A DNA stretch of 51,300 bases, filler included, from Bipalium vagum (GCA_037834085.1; 2 parts of 2 records of this genome joined end to end with filler, not necessarily neighbours in it); one strand, 5' to 3'. Positions 1-15,062 are shown, numbered from the whole stretch's first letter. Numbers and translations: made by a program. Notes: generated by a model not told the origin, from the letters alone.

Positions 1-284
1 ATATAATTTAAATATTATTAATTTTTATAAAATATAAAATACAACACATAAAATGACATAAATGGTCATAAATATAAAAGACAGTAAGCCTAACAAGGCT
101 TTTTCATGCACAATAAAATAAAATCAAAATGTAATTTAAATGTTCATAAATTGTCAATGATGAGCTTTGGAGAATCAGCCTCCATAAGCTCTTGCTCTTT
201 TTCCTTAAAATTGTTGTTGGCTGGTGCTGGGACATCCTTTTCTATGGATCCCAACATAATAATAATAATAATAATGTTTGGTAA

Positions 285-580
285 GTAATTTTATGCACAC
301 CATATTTCACTCTTGGGTTTTGAAAAAACGTTTGTCACCTTGATTTTAAGTCGTCATCATTTTTTAAAGACCTTCCTATCAGAAAATTCGCCATAGAGCG
401 AACGAGATGGTAAATCAGATGGTGCTAGATCTGCTCTGTTTGCTGAATGAGAAATTAGTTCATATCCAGCATGTTCATCTATCTTTATCTAAGGTGTGTG
501 TGGCCTTATTGTAAATCTGTTTTCTGTTGATTAATTGTGGGTAGCGCTATTGCATTATCTCGTGAACCAGATCTAACGGA
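285..580 (-). mobile_element. Mariner transposase C-terminal remnant
   Basis: Minus strand reads ADLAPSD (frameshift) YHLVRSMANFLIGRSLKNDDDLKS, the YSPDLAPSD region. Confidence 0.7.
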
Positions 581-1254
581 ATCGGAGTTTATTATGTTTT
601 TTGAGAAGTGAAAAAATCAAAAGTGAGTAATGTAATTTTAATAAAATCTGTGCTCAAATAATTAAAATTAAAATAAATCGATAAAGGTTTTCAGATCATT
701 TCAAACAAAATGAAAAAAAGAAATATTTTATTGTAATAATTATCTAAAATTTTATTAAATATATAAAAAAATATCAGAAACAGTCCGTATGGAAAAGATC
801 AATGATTTTCTTTAAGAATAAAAAAAATTCGCTGAAAATATTTGGAATCAGAACTCAAAAATATATTGCTGCCACCAGGATTGTAATATAATTTTGATTT
901 TAAGAAATAAATTTTAGAAATGAGACGTCTTGCTTAATTGAAGGACAAAAGATGGCGAAATAAGATTTTATCCATTAAATTCCAAGCAGTACATTCTTTT
1001 CAGTTTTTATTATTTTTTCAATTAAATTAATTTTAATCCATTAACACAAAGATCAATAAAGTTTTACTGGGAATATTTAATTGTGTCTTAAAACTATAAT
1101 TTTCAAACCACGGCTGTTCAAGATATCACTATAAATCTTAGGAATATATTTAAATAATAATTATATATATTTAAGATAAATAAATAATTTAATTCTATTA
1201 TTTGCTTTACTAAAACTTATAGTACATTTTGCATATAATATCCTAAATAAAGTA

Positions 1255-2172
1255 TTAGGTGTATTAGTATGATTCCAGTTGTTTTTTTAATAAAAAAGAT
1301 TTTTAAAAAAATTTTATTTAATAAGATTTAAAAAAAATATTTTTCATTTACATATATGACATTGAACCATCTTTTAGGCAACGAATTGATTCCACGGAAA
1401 ATATTCTGATTCTTTTGAAGAAATCCAAATTCATCATTTTTTTAAGGTCTTCATCGGAATTGAACTGGTTCCTAAAATACTTCTTCCTTCAATTCTGAAA
1501 TTTTCTCAGTCATCACTTCTGATGGTTTCAGCAGTTCATAATAAATCATTTCTTTTTGATCCCACTAAATACACAGGATCACTTTAGACCCATGAATATT
1601 CTGTTTTAAAATAAAATATATTTAATAAAAGTCTTATTAAATTTGAATTTGAAACCAAAATTCTCATAGACTCCTGCTCATTTAATAATTTTGTATGAAA
1701 TCTATATTCCATCTCTTTATGACTTCCCAATAAGATGCAGATGATTGCAGACGGTCTGCTCACCACTTTGGAAATTAATAACCATTTCTGCGATGGTTTC
1801 CTGGATCCGATTCGGCCTATTTTCAAACTGGTTCATTATCCAGGATCGATGGTCAAACCCTTTAATGGAACTCTGTTTAATTTCTATCATCACCCATACC
1901 TTACATTGGGTCTCATTCAATCCATTCTTCCCATAAATTTCTATTATCCTTGGATAGAAACTCTTGCAATAGAGGCCTGGTCAAATTCATTCAGTAGATA
2001 GTGTATGATACGTGTCTTATTTAAAAATGTATCCAGTAACGATATTATTTAAACAAATAATCAATTAAATATCCAAAAATCTAATTATATTTATAATTTA
2101 ATTTAATTTCAAAAAAAAGTGCGATTAAAATGGTACTTGCAAAATCGGCGGTTTCTTTTTCGAGGCACCTAA
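1255..2172 (-). mobile_element. Decayed, internally deleted mariner
   Basis: TA|ttaggtg...cacctaa|TA ends. ORF 1717..1920 is HTH-like (TIAEM...TVCNHLHLIGKS). A C-terminal FNSDEDLKKMMNLDFFKR remnant is also present. Confidence 0.75.
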
Positions 2173-2828
2173 TACTTATTTATTTTATATTATTTATTAA
2201 TTGTTTTAATTTTTATTTATAAAAAGAAAGAATAATAAAAAAATTTTTCGAGTTATTTCCTTATTTTTAATGATCATTATTATTTCCATATTTTATTTGA
2301 ACTTCCTCTTCTGAATTACATCTATATTTGGCGCCTAATAATAAAAATAATTTTAGTATTTTTTAAAGTAATCAAACTAATGTTCTCTGATATTTCTTTT
2401 AATTGCTTTCATCTTGGACAAAAGAAAGATTTCTCGATGATATTTGTGGTTTCCCTCAATGAGATTTTTGTATTTGTCTTTTCTTATTTTGTGCCCCGTG
2501 AAGATTCGATTATTGTTCTGTGGACCATCTCCAGAAAACAGATGCAAACTGATTTTCTTAGTTGAAAAATCTCGGAATGATTGTGAAACTACTTAGTCTC
2601 TAATTTGGTCAAAAACAGTTAATTGCTTTTTCTTTTGTCTGCTGATCTTAGCAAAACATGCAAAAATAATAATAATAATTTGTTCTAAATTGATGACAAT
2701 GTTCCAAAAATAACCTAAAAAACAGATAAATACAATTCTCTGGAAAAATTCACATGTAACTATAGTTTTATGAAAACTTATTTCGGGAATTAAATCAATT
2801 TTTTAAAAATGATATAAAAAACAGATTA

Positions 2829-3060
2829 TATTGGGATGGCGGAATATTTATTGAAAATTTTTGGTGAAAAATACTAGAATTTTTTGAGACAGACGTAGTT
2901 ACGAAATATTTCTATTTAGGCTAAAATCTGTCATCATCCTTTTTTGCTGAACGAAGGCATTTCACGATCAAATGTCTACCGTATTGTCAAACGATACGAA
3001 GATAATCTTCTTGCTGAACAAAGATAAAAATGAGGTCAACATCAAAGTTCAACTGTACAG
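2829..3060 (+). mobile_element. Tc1-like 5' fragment
   Basis: tattggg end and a ISRSNVYRIVKRYE HTH-like peptide. Confidence 0.4.
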
Positions 3061-3619
3061 TGCCTGGTTCTTGCAATAGACTCAATAATTATTTTACAAA
3101 TAACGAGTGATCAGTCGACTAATTTAATTTTGTTGTTGCACGTATTTTTGATTAATTGACATACATTGGATGAGATAAAAAAAGCAATATTATTACTTCA
3201 AATTAAAGTTTGAGGTCTTTGATATTTTTCATTGTTTTGAATATTTAACAACAATTTAATATTTATTTACATTTGTTTAAACAAGATAATTTTTTGAAAT
3301 ACGAAAATTTAAAGTTGTTTAATCGATATTGCAACATTTTATAACTGTTATACAATATTTTATGTACAATTAATCCAATTATAGACAATATTGTTAACAT
3401 AGGAAGGAAAAAGGCAGTAACGCTATGAACTACAAATTAAGGTATTTTTAGAAGAAACAATATCGAGAAAGGAAATAAAGAATAAAAATACTTTTTTCTA
3501 GAGTGCCATAAAAATGGTAAATAAAATGATTTAAAAGCAGTCGATAGTCTCAGGACAAATGAATAACGAGTAAAACAACTCTTAAAGACGACAGAACAAT
3601 AATTAACAATGTATTGAGA

Positions 3620-4126
3620 CTTTACGTAAATCAATTAAAGAAATCCACTAAAAAAATTATTGAATCATATGTAAAAGTTTCAACAAGGCCTGTGGTTTGA
3701 GTTCTGACAGAGGCAAACATTACTGCTCATTGACCATCCATCAAGCACAAATTAACACGAGCAATGACAATAAAGGGACTGTTTTAAGTAATGAAATATG
3801 ATCACTACGACGATGTACTTTGATCAATAGTATGTAAAAAATGATTTCTATAAAGCGGTGTAATTTTATAAAGCAAGTTTTCTTATCGGATGGCCAATGG
3901 CTCGTGGTCATGCGGAGCAGCACTTCCAAAATGTCCAAGATGTCAAAAATTGTTTGGATAATTGGAGTGCCTTAAAACCGACAAATTTCTTCAAAGATGG
4001 AATTCATAAGTTATCTAATTTGAGGTTAAATGTTAAAAACGATGGAAATTATTTGAATAAATATCCTCAATAAATTTATTCAGTTTGATTACATTGAAAA
4101 TGCTTAATAAAACTTGTACACCTAAT
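3620..4126 (+). mobile_element. Mariner 3' half (mauritiana-like)
   Basis: MARGHAEQHFQNVQDVKNCLDNWSALKPTNFFKDGIHKL; ends acttgtacacctaa|TA. Confidence 0.75.
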
Positions 4127-6837
4127 ATATATTTATATTAACAACAACCGCGTTACATTCTGTTTTTTCAAAATTCTGGTTTTACAAGTTCTCTCAAAAC
4201 CTGTCAACCACCAATTAATGAACTATTTCTAAAGGGAGGACTGGAACACAGATAAGAAAATAGACCATACATCGTAAGAGTATAATTATAAACATTATTA
4301 ATATTAATAAAATTTAAGAATGAAAATCCAATTTTTGGAAGTCGTCACTTTTAAAACTTTTATTTTCAAACAAACCATTTTTGATAGTAATAAATAATTA
4401 ATGAAATAAAATATTTTTCTACGACTTCTCTTAAACTAAATTATTAAATCAATAAAAATACAGAACCAGTTCAAGTGGCTATAGGTTTGTCCTGATCCAA
4501 ATTTGCTGCCTGATTTGTTTTTCTAAAGGGAAACATGAAATAAGAAATAAGGGATTTTTATTTAACACTTCAATATTACTTTCTTTTCATTTTTGACTAT
4601 CGATTTTTACAAAGTTAAAATAAATATAATTTTACAGAAAATTATTCAAGCATTTAAAACAAAATCTCTCTCTTATCCCTCCAAAAATGATGAATTCAAA
4701 ATAATTAATTAAATATTTTTCATTTATCAAAACCTGTCGGAAAATGAATATACAATGGATAGATACTGTTATTCTTCCACAAAATTAAACAATCTTTGAT
4801 TTTCATAAAGATTAATCCTCCTGGATTAAAATTTTAAACCATAAAATTAACTAACATTTGTCTTACAAACATAAATGTTACTAGTTACAAAGAAGAATAA
4901 AATAATAATAATAATAAATAAATAATATAAAGTTTTAATATTTAAATTATATATAATTATTAAATATCTTTCTATTCATTTCATATTATTATCATTTATT
5001 ATTTATTATTAATATTTGATTAGAAAAAGTTATTAAAATTAAAATCGACTACTTTGGAATTATTGAAATAGGTTAAAATTATAAAAAGCTCAAAAATACA
5101 ATCCATAAAAACTGAGAATAAAAAATCAATATAAAATAAATTCACAATAAAAACATAACTATAAATTTTAATAAGAAATTTTTATATCAAGAAAATTATA
5201 ATATAAATACTCTTAAGACCTGAATAGTGACTAAATATTTAATGAATCATCCTAAAATCGCATGACATTGACGTAATCACGTTCCAAGGTCATCACATAG
5301 TCAAGCAACTACAAAAAGACGAACTATTAATAATTTTTCAAAATTTCTTCCTAGTAAGTAAATACCAGGGTAAATGACTCTAGGATCATATAAAATTCTT
5401 TGTTGTTTCCGCTACTTCACTCATAATTTTTTGTTGAGTTCACAAAAGTATGGTTATTTTTTTCGAGGACCGGGTTTATTTAAATTAAAAAGGCTTGAAA
5501 ATATTAAAAAATTATTTTAGAGGTATCAAGGAGATGCAAGTTAGTTATGTCTTATTGTAAACTTGATATGGTATTGAAATTGTGACAATTGTTGAATAAA
5601 TTTATTTTTAAACAAAATTTCGTTATCTTCACTCGGTTTTTTAATACGGATTATCGATAAACGACTTATTTGAAAACGGCCTTCACTAGTTAAAACCTCA
5701 AATTTTTAATAAGCATACCAGCTACACTTTTTCGAGGATTTTAACAAAAATAGTCGGAATGTATTAGGACAAAATACAAAGTAATTGTACCCTTCTGGTA
5801 CAAAAGTTTGTGCTATAATCTTTTAATCAAAAATGCGATATAATATTTCTCTAGTTGGTTTTAAATTGGTAAATTGTGACAATATAACGTATGAATAATT
5901 TTTACAAATATTATATATATTATAATTATCTTTTGATAATTATCTCCATGTCGCCGAAAATAGCATTATTTCAAAAAAATAAAATTATTAATTTATTAAA
6001 GGTTATTTTAACTGTTCACAGAGGAAATCCTGTGAAAAGCTCTAACCAAATAAAATTGTCTAAGAAAATTGATGGGTTGCCATGGCAAAAATCAGGAGCT
6101 CGGAATATATTCTTCAATTTACTTTATCGATATCAACGAAGAAACGTTTGATCTCTTATAATTAATTTGTCCAATATTATAATCTGAGGCTGTTGACAGC
6201 AGACATATTTAACCAAAAACATTTATTTCATATTATATATATTACTCCCATATGAGATATACATCGAAAATATGGAAATGTAAAATTATGCTAATCACAC
6301 TCCACAGAAATGAGAATCTCCCAACAATGTTCTGACTTACTGTTTGATAACTTATTAAAATAAAATAATTGAATTAGAATTAGTGAATTTTCTTTATTAA
6401 ATTAATTACATCTTCGTTTCAAACCTGTTGTGATATTTCAGATTTGACGTCTATCTTATATTGTAGATAATCCTTTGTGTCTCATTAAAGAGGAATGAAA
6501 TGTATTTTTCAATCTGATTAATTAATTAGTTTTTCTTTGCTCTTTTCATTTTACTTATTATTGTTTCATTTATCGTTCTGTAATTTATTTTAATAACAGT
6601 TTAAATTATTAACGAAAAAACTGTTACCTCATTAATCATTCAATTATTTTTCGTTAATCAATTAATTATTTCCATTAGAAATCAGTTAAACAATTAAATC
6701 TTTATTAATCAATTCCGTTTTCAATATTTTATGATTTTACCCCGTTAAACCCTAATCAATTTAATAACAAAAATTAACCTTTCAGATATCTCAGGCTGAA
6801 TAAAATTCTAAAATATTATTTTCATATTTTATTTTTT

Positions 6838-6904
6838 CATAATAATAATAATGATAAATAATAATGATAATAATAATAAATAATAATAATGATAATAATA
6901 ATAA
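6838..6904. repeat. Degenerate (AAT)n microsatellite
   Basis: aat/gat triplet run visible in the sequence. Confidence 0.8.
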
Positions 6905-7599
6905 GCCTTATTGACGTTATGTCAATTATTATCATTAATTATCATTATTCTAACAAAAAATCAATATTTATCTTTTGTAATTTTTAGCATTAATAAAACA
7001 ACCCCCCTTCGAAAAAAATCTTTATTTGATTTTTACATTTTATCTCACATCTGAATAAAATGATCCCGGAAAATCTGTACTGAAATGAGCCAGTGAAATT
7101 TAATTATCATATATATGATCATTGAATTGTTTCCTGGAAAAGTCTTGGAATAATTATGAACCGTAAATATATAAATTACTTTTAACCAATGCCGACAACA
7201 ATAATTTATTTAATTTAGAAAAAAATCTGTTGATGAGATTGATTGGATTTTTGTAAATAATTTACTTTAATTTTTCTATGGAAAATAAAAAGATTTCACA
7301 TTTCAAATTTGACATTTATTTAAACAAAATATTGAAATTAAGAAATTGATTTTTACGGTATTTAGAGTCAAATTGTATGAGAAAGCAAACAAAATACAAT
7401 ATAAATGATGGTATGTTCTGTGACGATCACAAATATTCCTGAAAATTGCAAAAGTCTCTATCAGTGTTTCTAAAACAGAAAGGGTGCAATAAAGTGACAA
7501 AAGATTTAATAATTGATAATTATTTTAAAATCCATTAAGATTGAAAGACTTTGTTTAAATATTGTTATTTAACAAAATTATTTCATTTAAAAAGCAACA

Positions 7600-8420
7600 T
7601 TAAAAAAAATCACTAATGCCAAAGGAATAGGGCAGAGAATGAACCATAAATACTTGTCTATGTTCAGGTGCAGAGATAAGAAAATCTTTGAGTTCAACAA
7701 CATCGCTTAAAACGGACTGCTTTAAATATGAAAAAGACACATATATGCTATACCTAAACACAGTGGTAACAAAAACCACAAGGCACGCAAGGATCATAAG
7801 TCCAGACACCGCGCTCAAAAATTCAAGAAATTATCAATGAAAATCCAGGATCAATTCGTTCAAATTTGCGGAATTTAATTTTGAAGAGATGAATAATGTC
7901 TTCATATAGATCTTGTAACCTCCTCTTAAACAATGATTTTCGAATTATATAAAATGAGTGTTAAAAGAAATTCAACGGTGCAGCAGACCGTGGTTTCAAT
8001 AAATCATGAAGATAAATTATAAAGCATAAATTTCTACCAACGCAAAATTCCAATGTTAAAGAAGTCCGGAAAGAATTCCGAACAGTATTGTTGTGGAAGA
8101 TTTTATATTGCAGGAAGTTGGGATGATGATTAATAAATGATAAGCAGCAAGTTACAGATCCGATAGGTAAAGTGGATGATGCAGACTTTCACATATGCCT
8201 CAATTTTCAAATTTGGCATTTTCTTCCATAGAAAAACTAATTCAAGACACATTTAAAAAAACAGATTTCTCTAAATATGTGAAGTTGATAACAGAAATGA
8301 GTGAACATAATAAATAGAGCGTCATAGATTATTTTTGGAAAACTGTAAATAACAATGTTTTTTGACATTCTAGTGAAAAGGCCATAGACGTTAAAATGTG
8401 CTTATTTTCAGAAGTCTAAT
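7600..8420 (+). mobile_element. Possible highly decayed MULE-type transposase
   Basis: Fragmentary WMMxTF, VIDYF and CLF peptides in the order of MULE W.MDGTF / DFE / GC.FH, with many stops. Confidence 0.25.
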
Positions 8421-10325
8421 TAATTTGATATTTTGTTAAGAAAATGATTACGCATTGCTTTTTATTTACCATAATATCGTTTTTGATTGGTTAGCCACAA
8501 TGAACCAACAAGAATTAAGTTTTAAAATCAATAATCAATCGTATTAGGGTTAAAAGTCCTTTAAAATTATTTTTAGAATTAGTGTTAAGGTTGGACTTAG
8601 GGTTAAAAATCCTTAAATTTTATTTTAAAAGTATATTTTTATTTAAGAATCTTAGTTTATGTATTGTTTAAATTGTATATTATTTTAAATATCAAATTTG
8701 AATTTGTAATTTTTTATTGTTTTTGGTTTGTTAACAACGTTTTATATATTAACTTAATTAGAGAAAAATTTTCATATCAAGAATTTTATTCTCCTAACTA
8801 ATATTATTCTCCTAACTAACCAAAAAATATTAACACTAGGAGCACCTACCTTTAGAGAGATACATTTTATCTATTTTCTTTTACATGCTACTAGCAAGCT
8901 TTTTAAAATCATCTAGATTAATTATTATACTTTAATCCAGATAAACAAATCACCGATATCTAAATTTGATCATTATTTCAAAAGAAAGTGTTAACATGTA
9001 AAAACTAAAAATCACACAAATTAAATATTTTTTTATTTAACAAATCCAGAGACTAATTTTTTATTATCATTATTATTATTATTATTATTTCATTTAGTTT
9101 TTTATAATTTTATAAGTTAATTTTTTATTTACAAGTAAAAAATTAGAAAATTTAATTTCAACATTTTTATCTATTTTATTTTTATTTTGCCGATTTCAAG
9201 GCATTTTTTCAATTTATTCTTATATTGCAATTTGTTACGCTTGAATTATTAATAATGGAATAGAATTTCTAATATACGTAAATGTATTAAAATTCGAAAA
9301 TAAATACATAAATTAATATACGATTATACTAAAAATATATCGGTATGTGTCATTGAAAAAAATATTAATAATTAAGTATAAAGATTGGCAAATATATTAT
9401 GAAGTCAAGGACTTTTCTTCTTCGTTAAGTAGAAGAGAGATGAAGAAACCCCATACAGAGATGTATTATCAAAATTGGTTAAAAGGAACATAATATCTTC
9501 AAGTAAGAAAGACTTTCCACCTCAATCAATAAAAGGTCGAACAGGTTACCGTTCTGGTGCTGAGAGAGGAAGAATTGCCAATGAAGAGAGTGAAATATAA
9601 ATTAAAGTGGTCTATCTATTTTCAAGGATTAAGTGAAAATGAGACTTCAAAAAGATCTTGGATATTTTGCAAAATCCTATTTATTTTAACGTCATTAAAA
9701 GAATAGGTGTAACAGTAGAATGTCTTCTTAACATCTTCATAAAGTTTGGTATATCTGTGTCAGGATAAATGAAAAATTCTATTTTTAAGGATATTTATTA
9801 TTTTGTCAGATAATGAAATTGTAAAAATTTATGAGAACTCATCAATATTTTTTTTCTATTTTTCTTAGGTTTTCAATTATTCCTTTAGTTTATACTTTTT
9901 ATTCTTCAACCAATAGAGTGCTCTGCATTTTCCATTCACTAACATTTTAGCAGTAAAAATATAAATAAATATTTTATTTTACTGGTTGTATATCGTTCCA
10001 CGTCCTGGTTTGGAAATTACCTGTGATATTACTATTGTAATCTTAGCAAGTCTTGTGCTTGTCCTACCTATCAGTCTAAATAAATTTGAAGCTGTCATAA
10101 AGGGTTAACATTACCAATTATACAAATATTTTATTATTAAATGAAATAATTCAAGAAAATGTTAAATAAGCAATTAACCAATAATAAAAAAGGAAAAAAA
10201 ATGTTTAAAAATATTGAGATTAAAAAAATAAAAAATATTAAATTTAAAAAAGAATGCTCCATAATCAATTCAAATTGAAAAATTTAATGTTAAAATTATT
10301 ATTTATTTAAGTTAATTTTAATCAA

Positions 10326-10380
<55 letters not shown>
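10326..10380. repeat. (ATT)n microsatellite
   Basis: Perfect ATT run of about 18 units. Confidence 0.95.
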
Positions 10381-10381
<1 letters not shown>

Positions 10382-12496
10382 AGTTACTAAAAGTGACTGA
10401 TTTTAAGTTAAGAATATCCATATTGAGCTTTAAGGTTACTCAACAAAAAATCTACTATCAGAAGGATTTATGGAATGTAATTCGAAACTGTTATCAATAA
10501 AATGAAATAAAAACAAATTGATTTATAACAAATATTTATATTTGTAAAAATTTGGTTTGACAATCAAATTTAACTGAGAAATTCTAAATCCTTTCCCAGT
10601 TATCCTGTAAGCTGTGGAAAAGCCCTGCGTTAATTTACCAGTCATAACTGCTGTGTAAATTACAAACAAAAAGAGAGATAGGGAAAATGTGAAAACAAAG
10701 AGAAAGATAATCCTAATTAATAGTGATTACCGGAAAATATGATTTTAAATTGAGTTTAAATTTACTTGTGTAAGCTGAAACAGTTTACCAAGTGTTACAA
10801 TAATAATATATGATTAAATATTAACAAAATTAATAATAATTACTTTCTCAAAAAACATAAATTGCTTGAATGAATTCTCGCGGTTGTTTTGTTGAATGAA
10901 CAGTTCAATATTTATATTAATAATGATCTGAATTTTTCGTAGACATCTGATCGGTACGTGATTGTTTTGGTTATTTTTAAATGTTTTTAATGGTCTAATG
11001 GTCTGATTTTAAACGTTTTATATTGACATTTTATATTAAATTTTTAATATTAATTAATATTATTATTAATTTTTTCCTAATATAATTTCTTTCATAAAAT
11101 TGTGTCCTTTTTTAGGTTTCCATCATATTTTTCTTTAAGTTTCTATTTTTAGAAATCTACCTATTTCTAATTTTATTTTTTATTTATTTCCTTGTTTTCT
11201 TTATATATTTTTCTTTATTTATCTATTATAATTAATTGCTAATATTGATAACAATAGTACCAAAAATAACCATAATAATAATATTAATAATTGTTAGAGT
11301 TTTAAATTCTTTATTTTTATTTTTTAGGATTTCTCATTTTTACAAGTTAAAAAATCAAACAAAAATACTTTTATTATTTTTATTAAAATCAATAAAGAAT
11401 TGTCACACTTAAAATCAAAATTATTAGTTTTTCTTGAGTATCCACATTATTATTTATATTATTATTAATATTTTATTAAAATATGCTTTAATAAATTTTT
11501 ATTAATTACATGTTTTACGTTATTTGTATAAAGAGGATAAATAAAAATAATAATTAATTAAGTATGGTAAATTTCCATTTCATTCAAGAACACTTCAGGT
11601 CAATTATCGATCGTCACACGAAATCTGAAATACTTTGGTGGATCATTTATTCGTTATAATTGATCTTAAGATACTCCCCAGGTTATTTGGAATATTTCTC
11701 TATTTTTTCCCACATTTTTATATTGACTATAAAATATATTTAATGATTCTCAGAAAAAACAACAACTATTTCACTTAATGGTCTTTTTCTAGTTATTATG
11801 TTTAGGTCTATTTGTAATAAAATTCTCCCCAAAGAATTTAAAAATAATCTTTTCTTAAAAAAAAATTTATATTAAAAATTATTACAAGATGAATGAAATT
11901 TATTTTCAGTTTCTCAGGAAGATTTTCTAAAATATGAAATACCAATATTTTTCCCATGGTTCCTAAAGTGATATTTCATGAATAAATACAAAAATGATAA
12001 TATTTCTATCATCCCAGATCATGAATCTTGGAATAATTGTAACAAATCCTTAACCTGGTATAAGTCATGTGGCTTCGGTAGACAGAAATAAAATTATCTT
12101 GAATAAATTCACATAGGACAACACTGTTAATAATTTTACCGTGTTTAATAAAACACTGAAAAACGTTTTAAAAATTTTTTTATATTAAAAATTAAATAAA
12201 AAATAATTTAAAATTTTTTTATTTTAAAAATTAAATCAAAAATTATTTAAAATTTTTTTATTTAAAAATCTCCGTTATGTCATCATTTTGAAACTTAAAA
12301 TAGTCTCTTGAATAAAATTATGTAAATAATAAATAATATAAAAATAATTTTATTATTTGAAAATTTATGGCTCAGACATTTTGGTATTTTTCATTTTAAA
12401 TCTGTACTTGACTTAAGTGAAGTAAAAATATAAAATTTTGTATTTAAAAGTTACTTTTTTTAAGTAATAAAATTTTATTTTATTTGTTTTGAAACG

Positions 12497-13625
12497 TTGG
12501 GAAAAAAAGAAAGATTTTTATTGGGGGAAAAAACCGAATATTTTCTTGTCTATTTTGACAATATTAGGTTTTATTTTGACATTTTTAAATTCTACTTTGG
12601 CAAAATGTTAATTACAACAAACCTAATATTGTCAAAATTGAACTTCACAGTGCTAAAATAGAGCTTTACAGTGTGAAAATAGAGGTGAAAACGATGTATA
12701 TAAGTATGTTTATAATTTGCATTGTATACATAAAAACATGCATGATCATTATTATCAGAAAAATCTAGAAAAAATCTGTGCTGGTACAACAGATGTAATT
12801 GTTAATTACCTTTTTCCAAAGGTGTTTTACAACGGTTTTTACCATGTAAATCCTGTGCCAAGCTAATGCAATGTAAGCCATATACAAGAAATAAGGATGT
12901 TGTAGCATTTAGGTGAACAGAAACAACATGTACCAATTATAAAAAATATATTAGCATACAGACAGGTTCTATTTTCGAGAGATATCGATTTCATTTAAGT
13001 ACTGGTTTGAAGTTGTTATGGAAATGGACAATAGATGAAAAAGAAACAGACATAAAAAAAGAAGTCGATGTCGACTTAAAAAAATATTGTGATAATTATT
13101 ACATAGGAAATCCTTGTAAATTAAGTAATCAAGGAATTATATGCCAGATTGATGAAAGCTTATTTAGACATGAACCTAAATATCATTGAGGCCGTGAAAC
13201 TGAACAAGAAATCTGGATATTTGGATAACAGCCATGAACCATCAAAAGTATATCTAGAGGTAGTTGAAAATAGAAAAGTAGACACTCTACTACCACTAGT
13301 TAAAAGTGTATGCCGATGGAGTACAATTATTATAGGTAACCAATGAAAAGCTTAAAATGATATTGAAAAAATTGGATTTCGTCATTTGAAAGTCAACCAT
13401 TTATTATATTTTGTAGACCCAAAAACACATGTAAATACACAAGCCATAGAATTTTATCGGCTTGTATCTGAAAGAATGGATGTGAAAAGATAATGTTTTC
13501 AATGATGATTGGAACAATCTGTTGAATCTAATAAAAGTTTAATTGTTTTTTTATATATTGGTTTAATTTAATTTTTTTTATTGGAAAGAAAAAAAGGAAA
13601 AGATAATTATTGGGGGGGAAGGTAA
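12497..13625 (+). mobile_element. Merlin (IS1016/IS1595-like) DNA transposon remnant
   Basis: CQIDESLFRHEPKYH*GR...WIFG, LEVVENRKVDTLLPLVK, and HLKVNH..YFVDPKTHVNTQAIE are DDE_Tnp_IS1595 motifs, broken by stops and frameshifts. Outer boundaries are approximate. Confidence 0.88.
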
Positions 13626-14304
13626 AATGCTTCGAGAGCCCGTTGTAAAATTTTATGAACTCAGCAAATCACATGAGGGAAAGTTTACGGTGGAACACTT
13701 GATGGCAAAGAGAATAGCAAGATCTAGCATTTTTTCAATTTTGTGAACATGCCAAACAAAAAATATGAAAAGAAGCTTATTTTGTACATTGTCATCTCTG
13801 GGAAGGATGTTTTGGTTAAGAAAATTAAATTCTCCAACAAAATTTGATGTTATTAACCCTAACAATTGCTGATATTGAACCTTGTAAAGAATTCTTGCTC
13901 TCAACTTAAGACCTGGTCATATGATGTTGTTTAACTTAAAATTGTTTAGTTCTTCCAAAATTCAACAAAAATAATTCTGCAAGATCTTATATTAAAATGA
14001 TGTAACATTTTACGTCTATTGTAATAAACGATGATTTTACATCATGCATACCGAATCATTTTTCAATTAAGAATAAGAAACCTATTGAATACAAAATTTC
14101 CTAATTAGAAACTTCAAAATTAGAATTTCCTCGTTTTAAATTACTATATAAAAAACTAAATTACTATATTCACAAATGTATTATGAAGTGAAAATATATA
14201 GAAAAACTCTTAAATCGTTAGATATGTGAAAAAATTTTCAATAAACACTTAGAGATTTAAATCGGAAAATTCTAATTAAAAAATATCATTTTCCAATGTC
14301 TTAC

Positions 14305-14531
14305 AGATTTATCCAGAACTCCATTTCCATCAGTATCATAAAGTCTAAACATAAATTCCAATTTGTCTTCGGGTCTACCGGATTCTAAAAGACTTAAATA
14401 ACATAATAAGTCTTTCATGTCAATTTTGTCCATCTCGGTGAAATTTCTTGTACCAGTTTCTTGATTATTATTTGACTTGGCTGTAGATAATAATAGTTTT
14501 TTACCCGGAGTATCGCTTTCATTCTTCTTAC
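14305..14531 (-). CDS. dgk: Type I DGK exon (EF-hand 1)
   Basis: atttag|GT and TCT|gtaaga, 227 nt, phase 1/0. ...[40 protein letters not shown] is the diagnostic type I DGK motif with an EF-hand loop. Absent from the ORF track. Confidence 0.95.
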
Positions 14532-15062
14532 CTAAATTGATTAATTAAAACTTTAAATATTTTATCATTTTCTTAAAATGAAATTTTCTCGGAGACATTT
14601 AGATGATTTTTACTTTAGAAATATATTGGGACCCAAAAAAGTGTTTCTTAGAACACATTTATTCCACAAATCACACAACATTTTATGATCAATGTTTACA
14701 TCAAATATTCACAATTGTATAGGATTATCCTGTTCAGATAGCCTGTTAATCGGTTTAACTTAACAATCAGCTTGTTTATTGTCTTCTCTCTAAAGAATTG
14801 TACAAGGAACAATTTATATCTTGCATGAATTTGAATGTTTTCATCTTTCTCTTTCATTCTAAATTCTGGAGTATGAGAATAATGTGGTTGTGGAATTCTG
14901 CTCTAAGAAAGAGGTGGTAAATTTGGCTAAATGATGGCAAGTGCTGTCCTGCATAATGGTTTGGTTTCCGTGTTGATGTTTGTCCTTCAGATTAACTGAT
15001 TCAAACAAAATAAATAACGAAATGGTGGTTTTAAAATGTTTTGTCATTATTCAGTGGTTACA

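Noticed and set aside
106-288. Short ORFs at the window start as a DGK exon
   Set aside because: Neither strand shows DGK similarity or convincing splice sites.
8540-8615. TTAGGG hexamers as interstitial telomere
   Set aside because: Only two or three isolated copies are present, not a tandem array.
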